Part shown: positions 37,151 to 47,673 of the stretch, in pieces
Layout of the letters: every line of letters begins with the position of its first letter
How positions within the stretch are numbered: the stretch's first letter is position 1
NCBI GenBank assembly: GCA_028285625.1
Contig: JANQOX010000018.1
Span: 19,245-83,244, forward strand
Reading direction: 5' to 3'
Source: Myxococcota bacterium
Lineage (GTDB): Bacteria > Myxococcota_A > UBA9160 > UBA6930
Length of the DNA: 64,000 bases
The notes under the pieces: generated by a model
What the model saw: only the letters and a program-made list of their open reading frames with translations
Told to the model about the DNA's origin: nothing
The model's database searches: none
Made by a program: the position numbers and the translations under genes

Positions 37151-38686
37151 ATGGCCATCGTCGAGTCGATCGCATCCACCGGGCCGCGGCGGCGGCTGCG
37201 CGCGCGCAGCCCCGTCACGCAAGAGCCCATTGGCGAGTTCGACTGCGCCACCGCCGAGGACGTGCGCCTGGCCGTCGAGCGCGCGCGCAAGGCCCAGGGC
37301 CCGTGGGCCGAGGCCTCGTTCGAAGAGCGTGCCGCGCCCATGTGGCGCCTGCTCGAGCGCGTCGTGGCCCGGCAGGACGAGATCATCGAGGCGGTGATCG
37401 CCGAGACCGGCAAGGCGCGCACCGAGGCCATCGGCATGGAGGTGTTCGCCCCGTGCGATGCGATCGCCCACTACGCGAAGCGCGCCAAGCAGTTCCTGGC
37501 CGACGAGAAGCGCAGGCCGCACGGCATCCTCGGGTTCACCAAGAAGCTTCGCATCGTCTACCGCCCGCTCGGGGTGGTCGGGCTCATCACGCCGTGGAAC
37601 GGGCCGGTGGCGCTGTCGGTGAACCCCGCGGTGCAGGCGCTGATGGCGGGCAACGCCGTCGTGCACAAGCCGTCCGAGGTGACGCCCTTCTCGGCGTTGC
37701 TCGTCCAAGAGATGTTCGAAGAAGCCGGGCTCCCCGACGGGCTCTACCAGGTGGTGCAGGGAGACGGCGAGACGGGCGCCGCACTGGTGGAAGCGGGGGT
37801 CGACAAGGTGTCGTTCACCGGCAGCGTGGCCACCGGGCGCAAGGTGGGCGAGGCCTGCGGTCGCAATCTCGTGCCCTGCACGCTCGAGCTCGGCGGCAAG
37901 GACGCGATGATCGTCTGTGCCGATGCGGACCTCGACCGCGCGGCGGCCGGTGCGGTGAACGGCGCGTGCATGAACACGGGCCACTACTGCTGTGGCACCG
38001 AGCGTATCTACGTGGTGGCGAGCGTCTACGACGCGTTCCTGGAAAAGACGCTCGCTCGCGTCCGCGCCCTGCGTCAGTCGGACCAGGGCGAAACCGACGT
38101 GGGTGCCGTCTTCTGGGACAAGCAGCTCGAGGTGATGCAGGCCCACGTGGACGATGCCGAGGCGAAGGGGGCGCGGGTGCTGCTGGGCGGTCGCCGCAAC
38201 CCCGAGCTGCAGGGTCTCTACTTCGAGCCCACCGTGGTGGTGGGCGTGAGCCACGACATGGACCTGATGACGCGCGAGACGTTCGGCCCGATTCTCGCCG
38301 TCCAGAAGGTGGCGGACGAGGAGGAGGCCATCGCCCTCGCCAACGACTCGGAGTACGGGCTGAACGGCAACGTGTGGACCCGCGACGTCGAGAAGGGGTT
38401 CCGCATCGCGGCGCGCATCCAGACCGGTGGTGTTTGCGTGAACGACATGGCCATCACCTACGGCATCGCCGAGGCGCCGTTCGGCGGCGTGAAGGCGAGC
38501 GGCCTGGGCCAGGTCAACGGCCGGTCGGGGATCCGCGGCTACTGCCACGCGATGCCCATCACCGCCGATCGCAAGGGGACGGGCGAGATCCAGGGCGGCT
38601 ACCCCTACACCCGAAAGAGCGAAGACGGCCTGCAGAAGTTCATTCGCTTCTACTTCGGCACCCGGCTCGGGCGCTGGCTTTCGTAG
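37151..38686 (+). CDS. NAD(P)-dependent aldehyde dehydrogenase
   Basis: ITPWNGP, FTGSVATGRKV, LELGGKD and catalytic Cys region GHYCCGTERIYV. Start at ATG 37151. Confidence 0.88.
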   Translation: MAIVESIASTGPRRRLRARSPVTQEPIGEFDCATAEDVRLAVERARKAQGPWAEASFEERAAPMWRLLERVVARQDEIIEAVIAETGKARTEAIGMEVFAPCDAIAHYAKRAKQFLADEKRRPHGILGFTKKLRIVYRPLGVVGLITPWNGPVALSVNPAVQALMAGNAVVHKPSEVTPFSALLVQEMFEEAGLPDGLYQVVQGDGETGAALVEAGVDKVSFTGSVATGRKVGEACGRNLVPCTLELGGKDAMIVCADADLDRAAAGAVNGACMNTGHYCCGTERIYVVASVYDAFLEKTLARVRALRQSDQGETDVGAVFWDKQLEVMQAHVDDAEAKGARVLLGGRRNPELQGLYFEPTVVVGVSHDMDLMTRETFGPILAVQKVADEEEAIALANDSEYGLNGNVWTRDVEKGFRIAARIQTGGVCVNDMAITYGIAEAPFGGVKASGLGQVNGRSGIRGYCHAMPITADRKGTGEIQGGYPYTRKSEDGLQKFIRFYFGTRLGRWLS

Positions 38687-38702
38687 CGGCCGTTCTGGGG
38701 AC

Positions 38703-39470
38703 TCAGTCGAAGCGGGGCTTGCGCTTCTCGAGGAAGGCGCGGAGCCCTTCCTGCGCGTGCGGCGTCTGGGAGGCCGAGGCCATCACCTCGGTGGCGTAGG
38801 CGTAGGCGCCCGCGGTGTCGCGATCGACCTGCGCGTAGAACGCCTGCTTGCCGAGGCCCTTGGCGCTGGCGCTGCCGCGCGTGGCACGCCCCAGCAGGTC
38901 GAGGGTGTGCGCGGCGACCTCGTCGTCGGGGACGACCCGGTTGACGAGCCCCCACGACAACGCCGTCTCGGCATCGATCGGGTCGCCGGTCAGCAGCATC
39001 TCGAGGGCATGCTTGCGACCGACGGCGCGTGCGAGGGCCACGCCCGGCGTGGTGCAGAACCAGCCGCCGCGGCCGCCGGGCACCTGAAAGCGCGACGATG
39101 CGCCGCAGACGGCCAGGTCGCAGCTGGCCACCAGCTGGCAGCCGGCGGCGGTGGCGAGGCCCTCGACCTGGGCGATCACCACCTGCGGAATCTCCTGCAC
39201 CCGCTGCATGACCACGGTGCAGGTGCGCAGGAGCCGGCGCATGGCGTCGAGGTCGCGCCCGTCCATGTCCTGGAAGTCGTGGCCCGCCGAGAACACGGGG
39301 CCTTCGGCACGGATCACGACGCCCCGGGCGTTGCTGGCGCCGGTCTGGGCGAGGGCATCGCCGATCTCGCCGAGTACCTCTTCGGACAGCGCGTTGCGCC
39401 GCTCGGGGGCCGCCAGGGTGAGGGTCGTGAAGGCGTCCTCCCGCCCGAGCTCGATGCTTCGATAGGCCAT
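38703..39470 (-). CDS. Enoyl-CoA hydratase/isomerase family protein
   Basis: LTLAAPERRNAL, VVIRAEGPVFSAGHD and AQVEGLATAAGCQLVASCD motifs. Start at ATG 39470; an in-frame ATG at 39521 is created by the tandem repeat. Confidence 0.85.
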   Translation of the reverse strand: MAYRSIELGREDAFTTLTLAAPERRNALSEEVLGEIGDALAQTGASNARGVVIRAEGPVFSAGHDFQDMDGRDLDAMRRLLRTCTVVMQRVQEIPQVVIAQVEGLATAAGCQLVASCDLAVCGASSRFQVPGGRGGWFCTTPGVALARAVGRKHALEMLLTGDPIDAETALSWGLVNRVVPDDEVAAHTLDLLGRATRGSASAKGLGKQAFYAQVDRDTAGAYAYATEVMASASQTPHAQEGLRAFLEKRKPRFD

Positions 39471-39539
39471 GCCGTCCTCCCTCGCCGACGGCCATGCCGT
39501 CCTTCCCGTGCCGACGGCCATGCCGTCCTTCCCGTGCCG
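39465..39539. repeat. 25/26-bp tandem repeat x3 carrying SD plus ATG
   Basis: The plus strand reads GGCCATGCCGTCCTCCCTCGCCGAC / GGCCATGCCGTCCTTCCCGTGCCGAC / GGCCATGCCGTCCTTCCCGTGCCG. On the minus strand each unit reads GG(G)A(A)GGACGGC-ATG-GCC, placing ATGs at 39470, 39495 and 39521. Confidence 0.85.
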
Positions 39540-39611
39540 CGCCACAGGGTAGCTGGCCGAGGGCCCGAGGCTGCTCGCCAGTGGGGGCAGGATGGGCCAT
39601 CCTCCCCGCCC

Positions 39612-40493
39612 ATGAACGATACGAGCGACTTCCTCCAGTTTCAGGGTACGGCGGGCTACATCGCCAGCTCGTCCCTGGTCGATGCAGTGAACGCGGCGAT
39701 CGCGCTCGAGCGTCCCCTTCTCATCAAGGGCGAGCCCGGGACGGGCAAGACCCTGCTGGCCGAACACGTGGCCGAGGGGCTCGGCATGCCCATCGAGCGC
39801 TGGCACGTGAAGTCCACCAGCAAGGCCCAGGACGGGCTCTACGTCTACGACACCGTCCAGCGCCTGAACGACGCGCGCTTCGGCGACGGAGACGTGTCCG
39901 ACATCCGCACCTACATCAAGATGGGTCCGATGGGCCGCTGCTTCGCGGCCGAGAAGCGTCACGTGCTGCTGATCGACGAAGTCGACAAGGCGGACATCGA
40001 GTTTCCGAACGACCTGCTCCGCGAGCTCGACGAGATGCGCTTCACCGTGTCGGAGACCGGCGACGAGGTCGCGGCCCAGGAGCGACCGGTCGTGATCATC
40101 ACGTCGAACAACGAGAAGGAACTGCCCGACGCCTTCTTGCGCCGCTGTGTGTTCCACTTCATCGACTTCCCCGACAAGGCGCTGATGCAGCAGATCGTGG
40201 ACGTGCACCACCCGCACCTCCAGACCCAGCTGCTCGACCAGGTGCTGATCAAGTTCTACTGGCTGCGCGAGCAGAACGAGCTGCGCAAGAAGCCCTCGAC
40301 CTCGGAGCTGATCGACTGGATCTCGGTGCTGCTGCGGGCGGGCATGACCGCCGACGACATCGAGCAGCACATTCCGTTCCTCGGGGCGCTGCTCAAGAAC
40401 GAGCAGGACAGCGAGGCGCTCGACCAGTTCTACGAGCGGGGTGGTCGCTACCCGAGCGAGTGGAGCGAGCTCGGGCCCCGCTACAACAACTAG
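39612..40493 (+). CDS. MoxR/CoxD-like AAA+ ATPase
   Basis: Walker A GEPGTGKT, Walker B LLIDEVDK, and sensor/arginine region PDAFLRRC. About 293 aa, single AAA module. Confidence 0.88.
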   Translation: MNDTSDFLQFQGTAGYIASSSLVDAVNAAIALERPLLIKGEPGTGKTLLAEHVAEGLGMPIERWHVKSTSKAQDGLYVYDTVQRLNDARFGDGDVSDIRTYIKMGPMGRCFAAEKRHVLLIDEVDKADIEFPNDLLRELDEMRFTVSETGDEVAAQERPVVIITSNNEKELPDAFLRRCVFHFIDFPDKALMQQIVDVHHPHLQTQLLDQVLIKFYWLREQNELRKKPSTSELIDWISVLLRAGMTADDIEQHIPFLGALLKNEQDSEALDQFYERGGRYPSEWSELGPRYNN

Positions 40494-40507
40494 CCGTACG
40501 CGACGCC

Positions 40508-41698
40508 ATGTTCCTCGACTTCTTCTACGAGCTACGCGGTCAGGGCGTGCCGGTGGGCTTGAACGAATGGCTCACCCTCATGAACGCCATGGGCAAGGGC
40601 CTGCACGGCTCGAGCCTGCGGCGCTTCTACAACCTGTCGCGGGCCTGTCTGGTCAAGAGCGAGACCTTCTTCGACGCCTTCGACCGGGCCTTCCTCAAGA
40701 CCTTCGAGGGAGTGGAGGGCATGCTCGACATCGAGAGCGAGGTGCTTCAGTGGCTCGAAGACCCGAAGCCCTTCGAGGGGCTGACGGACGAGCAGCGCGA
40801 GATGCTGGAGCGGCTGAGCCACGACGAGCTGATGCAGAAGTTCCTGGAGACCCTGGCCGAGCAGGACGAGCGCCACGACGGCGGCGGTCGCTGGGTCGGG
40901 ACCGGCGGGCGCTCGCCCTTTGGTCACGGCGGTGAGCATCCGACGGGCATCCGCGTCGGCGGCCCGGGCAAGAGCCGTTCGGCCATGAAGGTGGCCGAGG
41001 AGCGCAGCTACCAGGACTACCGCACCGACCAGACGCTCGACCTGCGTCAGACCAAGGTGGCCCTGCGTCGTCTGCGCCAGCTCACGCGCTCGGGGTCGGA
41101 CAGCGAGCTCGACCTGGACGAGACCATCGACGAGACGTGCCGGAACGCCGGCGAGATCGAGCTGGTGTTCCGGCCCGAGAAGCGCAACGACGTGCGCCTG
41201 CTGCTGTTGATGGACGTGGGCGGGACCATGGACCCGTACTACGAGCCCGTGAGCCGCCTGCTGACGGCGCTGCACGAAGAGCGCGGGCTGCGCGAGTTCA
41301 AGGCCTACTACTTCCACAACTGCCCGTACGAGCTGCTCGGCACCAATGCCCGGCTGCTTCGGAGCGAGGCGATCGCCACGGGCGACCTGTTTCGCAAGTA
41401 CGGCGAGCGTTGGAAGGTGATGATCGTGGGCGACGCGGCCATGCACCCGGCCGAGCTGCTCGAGCCCTACGGCAACATCGACCCGCGCCGAACCACCGAA
41501 ACCACCGGGGTCGACTGGCTCCAGCGCATCACCAACCACTTCCAGCGGACGGTCTGGCTCAACCCGGACCCGCCCAAGGACTGGGACCTGAGCCACACCT
41601 GCCGGGTGATCCAGCGGCTGTTCCCCATGTACCACCTGTCCCCCGACGGGCTCGGTGGCGCGGTGCAGGCCCTGGTGGGCGCGCGCGTCAGCCACTGA
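40508..41698 (+). CDS. CoxE-like von Willebrand factor A domain protein
   Basis: N-terminus [17 protein letters not shown] typical of VWA_CoxE proteins, with a C-terminal VWA/MIDAS-like [11 protein letters not shown]. Lies 14 nt after the ATPase. Confidence 0.8.
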   Translation: MFLDFFYELRGQGVPVGLNEWLTLMNAMGKGLHGSSLRRFYNLSRACLVKSETFFDAFDRAFLKTFEGVEGMLDIESEVLQWLEDPKPFEGLTDEQREMLERLSHDELMQKFLETLAEQDERHDGGGRWVGTGGRSPFGHGGEHPTGIRVGGPGKSRSAMKVAEERSYQDYRTDQTLDLRQTKVALRRLRQLTRSGSDSELDLDETIDETCRNAGEIELVFRPEKRNDVRLLLLMDVGGTMDPYYEPVSRLLTALHEERGLREFKAYYFHNCPYELLGTNARLLRSEAIATGDLFRKYGERWKVMIVGDAAMHPAELLEPYGNIDPRRTTETTGVDWLQRITNHFQRTVWLNPDPPKDWDLSHTCRVIQRLFPMYHLSPDGLGGAVQALVGARVSH

Positions 41699-41720
41699 CG
41701 CATGCGCGGCGCGCCCCGGC

Positions 41721-42341
41721 CTAGAACGGGCCGGGGATGCTCAGCTTCACCTTGACGTCGATCTCCTGGATCGGGCCGAGGGGTTGCACCTTGTCACTCT
41801 TGTGGAGCAGCAGCGGGCTGCCGTCGTAGAGCTTGTAGACGACCGTGTCGTCCACCATCACGAGGATCGAGGAGAACACCCAGGCCTCGATGCGCTCCTG
41901 CTTGCGGAAGCTCAGGTAGTCGAGGATCCAGGCCCCCTCGCGCTCGGCATCCTCGCGCCAAGGGGTGACGCGCAGCCCCATGCAGCGCTCTCGCGCCTCG
42001 ATGCAGCGAGTGAGACCCTCGTCCTCGAAGATCACGTCGTGCACGGCGTCGTTGGAGGCGAAGCGCTCGTAGACGTCCATGTAGTCGAGCAGGACGACGT
42101 TCGGGTTTCGGTAGGGGTGGAACCCGAACTCCGCGAGGTCGGCCGTGGTGGTCGCTCCCGGCTCGATGCGATCGTACGAGGCGAGCGCGTCCTCGAAGCT
42201 GTCCCAGGGAGAGGCCATGCTCGTGTGGGCGCGGGGCAGCAGGAAGGCGCACCCGAGAGATCCGCCCAGGGCGGCGATCAGCAGCGCCCCCAGGGTGCGT
42301 GCACGTGCGGCGCGCCCGCGCCTCGCCAGTTGCCGGATCAT
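41721..42341 (-). CDS. Uncharacterised lipoprotein, paralog A of a three-member family
   Basis: Signal peptide plus lipobox (GGSLGC). Shares WxSF..A..Y..(I/V)xPGxTT..L..(F/I)G, C-x6-C, F(R/H)(K/R)(Q/K), a (V/I)D(D/E) segment and the QPLG(P/F) block with the ORFs at 42361 and 43107. Confidence 0.75.
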   Translation of the reverse strand: MIRQLARRGRAARARTLGALLIAALGGSLGCAFLLPRAHTSMASPWDSFEDALASYDRIEPGATTTADLAEFGFHPYRNPNVVLLDYMDVYERFASNDAVHDVIFEDEGLTRCIEARERCMGLRVTPWREDAEREGAWILDYLSFRKQERIEAWVFSSILVMVDDTVVYKLYDGSPLLLHKSDKVQPLGPIQEIDVKVKLSIPGPF

Positions 42342-42360
42342 CTCCCCAACCTATCAGATC

Positions 42361-43110
42361 GTGGCTAGGATCGCGGCTGTGGTGAGAGGGCGAGCGATCG
42401 GGCGTGCAGTCGTTCTGGCGATGGTCTCGCTCACTTTGGGCTGTCAGTATCTCCTGCCCTCGGGCGAGGCGTCCGGATCGCAGTTCAAGTCGTTCGAGGC
42501 GGCGCGAGACGCCTTCGAGTCGGTCGTGCCGGGCGAGACCACGGTCGAAGAGCTCACCGAACTCGGCATCGACCCCAGGCAGCGGGGCGTCCAGATCCGC
42601 CCGTACGTGGACGTGGCACGGTTCTTCCTGCCGCACGCGGGGGCTTCGCTCGATCTGCATGATCCGGCCGTCGGCGCGTGCGTCCGGGCCGGGCGTCGCT
42701 GCGATGTCTGGTTCGTGAGCGCCGACCGCAGCAAGGGCAAGCGCGTCTCCAACATCATTCTCGACGTGCTCGAGTTCCATCGAAAGTCCGACATTCGGGG
42801 CTTCCTGTTTCAGGGGCTCGTGCTGGTGGTGGACGAAGTCGCCACGTATCGCATCTACGGCGGCCGGCCCCATCTCCGCTACGTCGACCAGAGGGTGCAA
42901 CCGCTGGGCTTTCTGCAGGAGGGGCCCAAGGTCAAGGTGATGCCGCTCGGCAGCGGTGGATTCGACGTGACCTTCGGCAAGCAGGCCATCGCGACCATGG
43001 ATGAACGGCCCCTGGAGACGGTCGACCCGATCGTGGGCGTCTTCGAGGCCGAGAAGATCGAGCGAGACGAGCGCAACAGTGGCGAGCGCGTGCGGGACAG
43101 CTTGCAATGA
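42361..43110 (+). CDS. Uncharacterised lipoprotein, paralog B (with about 50-aa C-terminal extension)
   Basis: Lipobox LTLGC and the same conserved blocks as A and C. The start is uncertain (GTG 42361, 42379 or 42382). Confidence 0.7.
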   Translation: MARIAAVVRGRAIGRAVVLAMVSLTLGCQYLLPSGEASGSQFKSFEAARDAFESVVPGETTVEELTELGIDPRQRGVQIRPYVDVARFFLPHAGASLDLHDPAVGACVRAGRRCDVWFVSADRSKGKRVSNIILDVLEFHRKSDIRGFLFQGLVLVVDEVATYRIYGGRPHLRYVDQRVQPLGFLQEGPKVKVMPLGSGGFDVTFGKQAIATMDERPLETVDPIVGVFEAEKIERDERNSGERVRDSLQ

Positions 43111-43691
43111 CGGCCCTCGGGACTCGCCTGTTCCGGATCGCCTTCATCGCGCTCTGTTCGTGGAGCCTGGGGTGCTCGTCCTTGCTCGCCCACCAGAAGA
43201 CCTACAGCCGCATGCCGTGGGAGAGCTACGACGACGTTCGCGCTGCCTACGCATCCGTGGAGGTCGGGACCACGCAATGGCGGGACCTCGCGGTCCTGGG
43301 CTTCGACCCGTACGAGAGCCTCAACGTGGACCTGATCAACTACATCCAGGTCTACACCCTGTTCGTACCCAACCGAGGCGTGGCGCTCGACGATACCGAC
43401 CCTGCCGTGCAGCGCTGCGTGGCGGCGCGACAGCGCTGCCGCGGTCTGGTGGTCGACGTCTTTCGCGAGCACGGAGCGGACGAAGGGAGCTTCTGGCTCA
43501 ACTTCCTGCGCTTCCGCAAGCAGACGCAGGTCACGGGCTGGGTCTTCGAGGCCCTGCTGCTGGTGATCGACGACCGCGTCGAGATGAAGCTGCACGCCGG
43601 CAATCCCCGGTTCTCCATGTACCAGGATCAGGTGAGGCCGCTGGGGCCCCTGCAGGGAATCGATCCCGACATGAAGATCAGCTTTCCCTAG
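43107..43691 (+). CDS. Uncharacterised lipoprotein, paralog C
   Basis: ATG overlaps the stop of paralog B (ATGA). Lipobox SWSLGC. Closest to paralog A (PWESYDDV.., GFDPYE, CVAARQRC, FLRFRKQTQVTGWVF, VRPLGPLQGID). Confidence 0.75.
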   Translation: MTALGTRLFRIAFIALCSWSLGCSSLLAHQKTYSRMPWESYDDVRAAYASVEVGTTQWRDLAVLGFDPYESLNVDLINYIQVYTLFVPNRGVALDDTDPAVQRCVAARQRCRGLVVDVFREHGADEGSFWLNFLRFRKQTQVTGWVFEALLLVIDDRVEMKLHAGNPRFSMYQDQVRPLGPLQGIDPDMKISFP

Positions 43692-43700
43692 GCCCCCGGC

Positions 43701-44744
43701 ATGTCGTCGCAGCCCGAACTCACGGCGGTTCGCCCGGCCCACCGGATCGACGAAGGTGCGCTCGCCGCGTACCTCGCGGCGCACCTGCCGGGCTTCGTGG
43801 GGCCCATGCAGGTGCAGCAGTTCGAGGGCGGGCAGTCCAACCCCACCTATCGCCTGGAGGTCGGCGGCCAGCGCTACGTGCTGCGGAAGAAGCCCCCGGG
43901 CAAGCTGCTCCAGTCGGCCCATCAGGTGGAGCGCGAGTATCGGGTGATGCATGCCTTGCAGGGCACGCCGGTCCCCGTGCCCGAGATGCTGCACCTGTGC
44001 GAAGACGATCAGGTGATCGGGACGCCCTTCTACTTGATGTCGTGCGTCGAGGGACGGGTCATCCCGCTCGCGACGTTGCCGGGGTGCGCGCCCGCGCACA
44101 GGACGGCGCTCTACGACGACATGGTTCGGGTGCTCGCGGCGTTGCACGCGATCGATCCAGCGGCCGTGGGCCTCGACGGGTTCGGGCGCCCGGGCAACTA
44201 CTACGCGCGGCAGATCTCGCGGTGGACGCGCCAGTACCAGGCTTCGCGCACCGATGACATTGCCTCCATGGAGGCGCTCATGGAGTGGTTGCCCGACCAC
44301 GTGCCGGAGTCGGACGAGAACGGCATCGTGCATGGTGACTTTCGCGTGGGCAATCTGATCCTGCATCCCACCGAGCCCCGTGTGGTGGCGGTGCTCGACT
44401 GGGAGCTCTCGACCCTCGGCCACCCGCTGGCCGACCTGGCCTACTTCTGCCAGGGCTATCGGGGCGAGGCCACGCCGGGCGACAGCCTGGTCGGGACCGA
44501 TCTCGCCGAGGCGGGAATTCCCACCGAGAGCGCCGTCGTGTCGCGCTACTGCGAGCTCACGGGTCGGCCCGGCATCGAGAACTGGGCCTTCTATCTGGTG
44601 TTCGTGATGTTCCGCTCGGCGGCCATCGTCCAGGGCGTGTACAAGCGCGGGATCGAGGGCAACGCCAGCAGCGATCGGGCCCACCAGTACGGCGCCATGG
44701 TTCGCAAACGCGCCGACGATGCGTGGAGGCTGGCCCAGGAGTAG
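43701..44744 (+). CDS. Phosphotransferase (APH/choline-kinase-like) family protein
   Basis: Brenner motif HGDFRVGNLILH and the DWELS metal-binding motif. The N-terminus QQFEGGQSNPTYRL is typical of the ACAD10/11-associated kinase-like family. Confidence 0.8.
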   Translation: MSSQPELTAVRPAHRIDEGALAAYLAAHLPGFVGPMQVQQFEGGQSNPTYRLEVGGQRYVLRKKPPGKLLQSAHQVEREYRVMHALQGTPVPVPEMLHLCEDDQVIGTPFYLMSCVEGRVIPLATLPGCAPAHRTALYDDMVRVLAALHAIDPAAVGLDGFGRPGNYYARQISRWTRQYQASRTDDIASMEALMEWLPDHVPESDENGIVHGDFRVGNLILHPTEPRVVAVLDWELSTLGHPLADLAYFCQGYRGEATPGDSLVGTDLAEAGIPTESAVVSRYCELTGRPGIENWAFYLVFVMFRSAAIVQGVYKRGIEGNASSDRAHQYGAMVRKRADDAWRLAQE

Positions 44745-44819
44745 GCCCGCGGGGCCGTCTATTGACACCGCACCTGCCGCGATGCACGCTGGCGGACGGC
44801 CCAGAGCCGCCCCCTCGAC

Positions 44820-45503
44820 GTGATCGACCTCTACACCGCCCCCACTCCCAACGGCCACAAGGCCTCGGTGACCCTCGAAGAACTCGAGGTGCCCTACGAG
44901 GCCCACGCCGTCAACCTGTCTGCCGAAGAGCAGAAGCAGGACTGGTTCCTCGCGCTCAATCCCAACGGTCGCATCCCGGTGATCGTCGACCGCGACGCCG
45001 AGGACTTCGTGGTCTTCGAGACCGGGGCGATCATGGTCTACCTCGCCGAGAAGACCGGGCGCCTGCTGCCGAGCGACGCCAAGGGCCGCTCGCGCGTGAT
45101 GCAGTGGCTGATGTTCCAGATGGGCGGGATCGGCCCGATGATGGGCCAGGCCAACGTCTTCCATCGCTACTTCCCGGAGAAGATCCCGGCAGCGATCTCC
45201 CGCTACCAGAACGAGTCGCGGCGCTTGTTCGAAGTGCTCGACCGCAGGCTCGCCGAGAGCGAGTGGCTGGCCGACGACTTTTCGATCGCCGACATCGCGA
45301 ACTGGTGCTGGGTGCGCACGTACCGGTGGTCGGGGGTCTCGCGGGACGGTCTGCCCCACCTCGACCGGTGGCTCGGCGCCATGAAGGCGCGGCCTGCGTG
45401 CCGCCGCGGAGTCGAGGTACCCTTCGTGGTCGGTCGACTCACCCAGGACGAGAAGGCCGCGGAAGAGTTCGCGGCGAACGCGCAGAAAACCCTCCAGACC
45501 TGA
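44820..45503 (+). CDS. Glutathione S-transferase (YfcG/Nu-like)
   Basis: PNGHK near the N-terminus, [23 protein letters not shown], and a helical C-terminal domain. GTG start. Confidence 0.8.
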   Translation: MIDLYTAPTPNGHKASVTLEELEVPYEAHAVNLSAEEQKQDWFLALNPNGRIPVIVDRDAEDFVVFETGAIMVYLAEKTGRLLPSDAKGRSRVMQWLMFQMGGIGPMMGQANVFHRYFPEKIPAAISRYQNESRRLFEVLDRRLAESEWLADDFSIADIANWCWVRTYRWSGVSRDGLPHLDRWLGAMKARPACRRGVEVPFVVGRLTQDEKAAEEFAANAQKTLQT

Positions 45504-45514
45504 GGAGAGCTCCC

Positions 45515-46558
<1,044 letters not shown>

Positions 46559-46618
46559 CAAGTCCCCGCGCACGGGCCCGGGGTCGGGCGGCGCGCTCAC
46601 TCATCAACGGAGGATTCC

Positions 46619-47011
46619 ATGGGTCAGAAGTTCCTGTCCGACGGTTGGTTCGACGAGGCGGAGAAGATCTACAACGAGGTCAGCCCGCCGGTGCCCGAGG
46701 TGCTCAAGGACCTGGTGATCAACGTCAACGTGAACGGCGGACCCGATGGCGACATCGCCGCACGCATGGAGGCGGGTCGCCTGCTCAAGGGCTCGGCCGA
46801 AGATGCACCGACCACGTTGAACCTGCCCTACGACGTAGCCGTGGCGATGATGGTCGACCAGGACCAGAACGCCGCGATGCAGGCGTTCATGGGCGGGCAG
46901 ATCCAGGTCGAGGGCGACATGAGCAAGATCATGATGATGCAGGCCGCCGGCCCGCCGAGCCCCGAGGCCGAGCAGGTCGCCGCCCGCGTGAAGGACATGA
47001 CCGACCACTAG
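46619..47011 (+). CDS. SCP2 sterol-carrier-like domain protein
   Basis: 130 aa ending in the typical AFMGGQIQVEGDMSKIMMMQ motif. SD GGAGGA upstream. Confidence 0.8.
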   Translation: MGQKFLSDGWFDEAEKIYNEVSPPVPEVLKDLVINVNVNGGPDGDIAARMEAGRLLKGSAEDAPTTLNLPYDVAVAMMVDQDQNAAMQAFMGGQIQVEGDMSKIMMMQAAGPPSPEAEQVAARVKDMTDH

Positions 47012-47061
47012 CACGGGGCCCGCTGCCCCCAGCAGGCGGCGGGCGTCGGGGAGCACACGGG

Positions 47062-47652
47062 TTGAACGCCGATCTCACTGAACACGCCGACGGCCGCGTC
47101 CAGCGGGGCGCGCGCAGCCGCGCGCGGATCGTCGACGCGCTGAGCGATCTGGTGCTCGAGGGGCACCCGCGGCCGACGGCCGAGCAGGTCGCCGAGCGCG
47201 CTGGAGTGGGCACCCGGACGGTCTTCCGCCACTTCGACGACATGGAGAGCCTGCACGCCGAGATGCACGCGCGCATCTCGGAGATCGCGCTGCCGCTGAT
47301 CACGCGACCCGATCCCACCGGAAGCGTGAGCCGACGGGTGGCGGCCATCGTGGAGCAGCGCGCGACGCTCTTCGAGCGCATCGGGCCGTTCAAGCGGTCG
47401 AGCGTGATCAACCGCTGGAGTTCGCCGTTCTTGCAGCGAGGCCACGCGGACTTCGCCCGGCAGTTTCGCCTGAATCTGGTCGCCTGGCTGCCAGAACTCG
47501 AGCGCGCGCCGCAGTGGGTGCTCGAAGCCGCCGACGTGCTCGTCTCGTTCGAGACGTGGGACCGGCTGCGCTCCGACCAGCGTCTGGGGCGCGACCGGGC
47601 CGCCGACGCCGTCCGCGAGGCGCTCGTCCACCTGATCGAGGGGCAGTCCTAG
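47062..47652 (+). CDS. TetR-family transcriptional regulator
   Basis: HTH region PTAEQVAERAGVGTRTVFRHF. The TTG 47062 start is tentative. Confidence 0.75.
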   Translation: MNADLTEHADGRVQRGARSRARIVDALSDLVLEGHPRPTAEQVAERAGVGTRTVFRHFDDMESLHAEMHARISEIALPLITRPDPTGSVSRRVAAIVEQRATLFERIGPFKRSSVINRWSSPFLQRGHADFARQFRLNLVAWLPELERAPQWVLEAADVLVSFETWDRLRSDQRLGRDRAADAVREALVHLIEGQS

Positions 47653-47673
47653 CCGCCCCACTCCCCGGGTCGC

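Noticed and set aside
42145-42360. N-terminal 72-codon extension of lipoprotein B, and similar long N-terminal extensions listed for serS, coxI, TauD, sulfatase, saccharopine dehydrogenase and others.
   Set aside because: The extensions overlap neighbouring genes or divergent promoters, are Arg/Pro-rich, and precede an internal start with a better SD and a sensible N-terminus (a signal peptide or conserved family start).
44762-44790. Perfect TTGACA -35 hexamer upstream of the GST gene, as a promoter.
   Set aside because: No acceptable -10 element lies at 16-18 nt spacing (CACGCT or GCACGC), so the hexamer alone is not enough.
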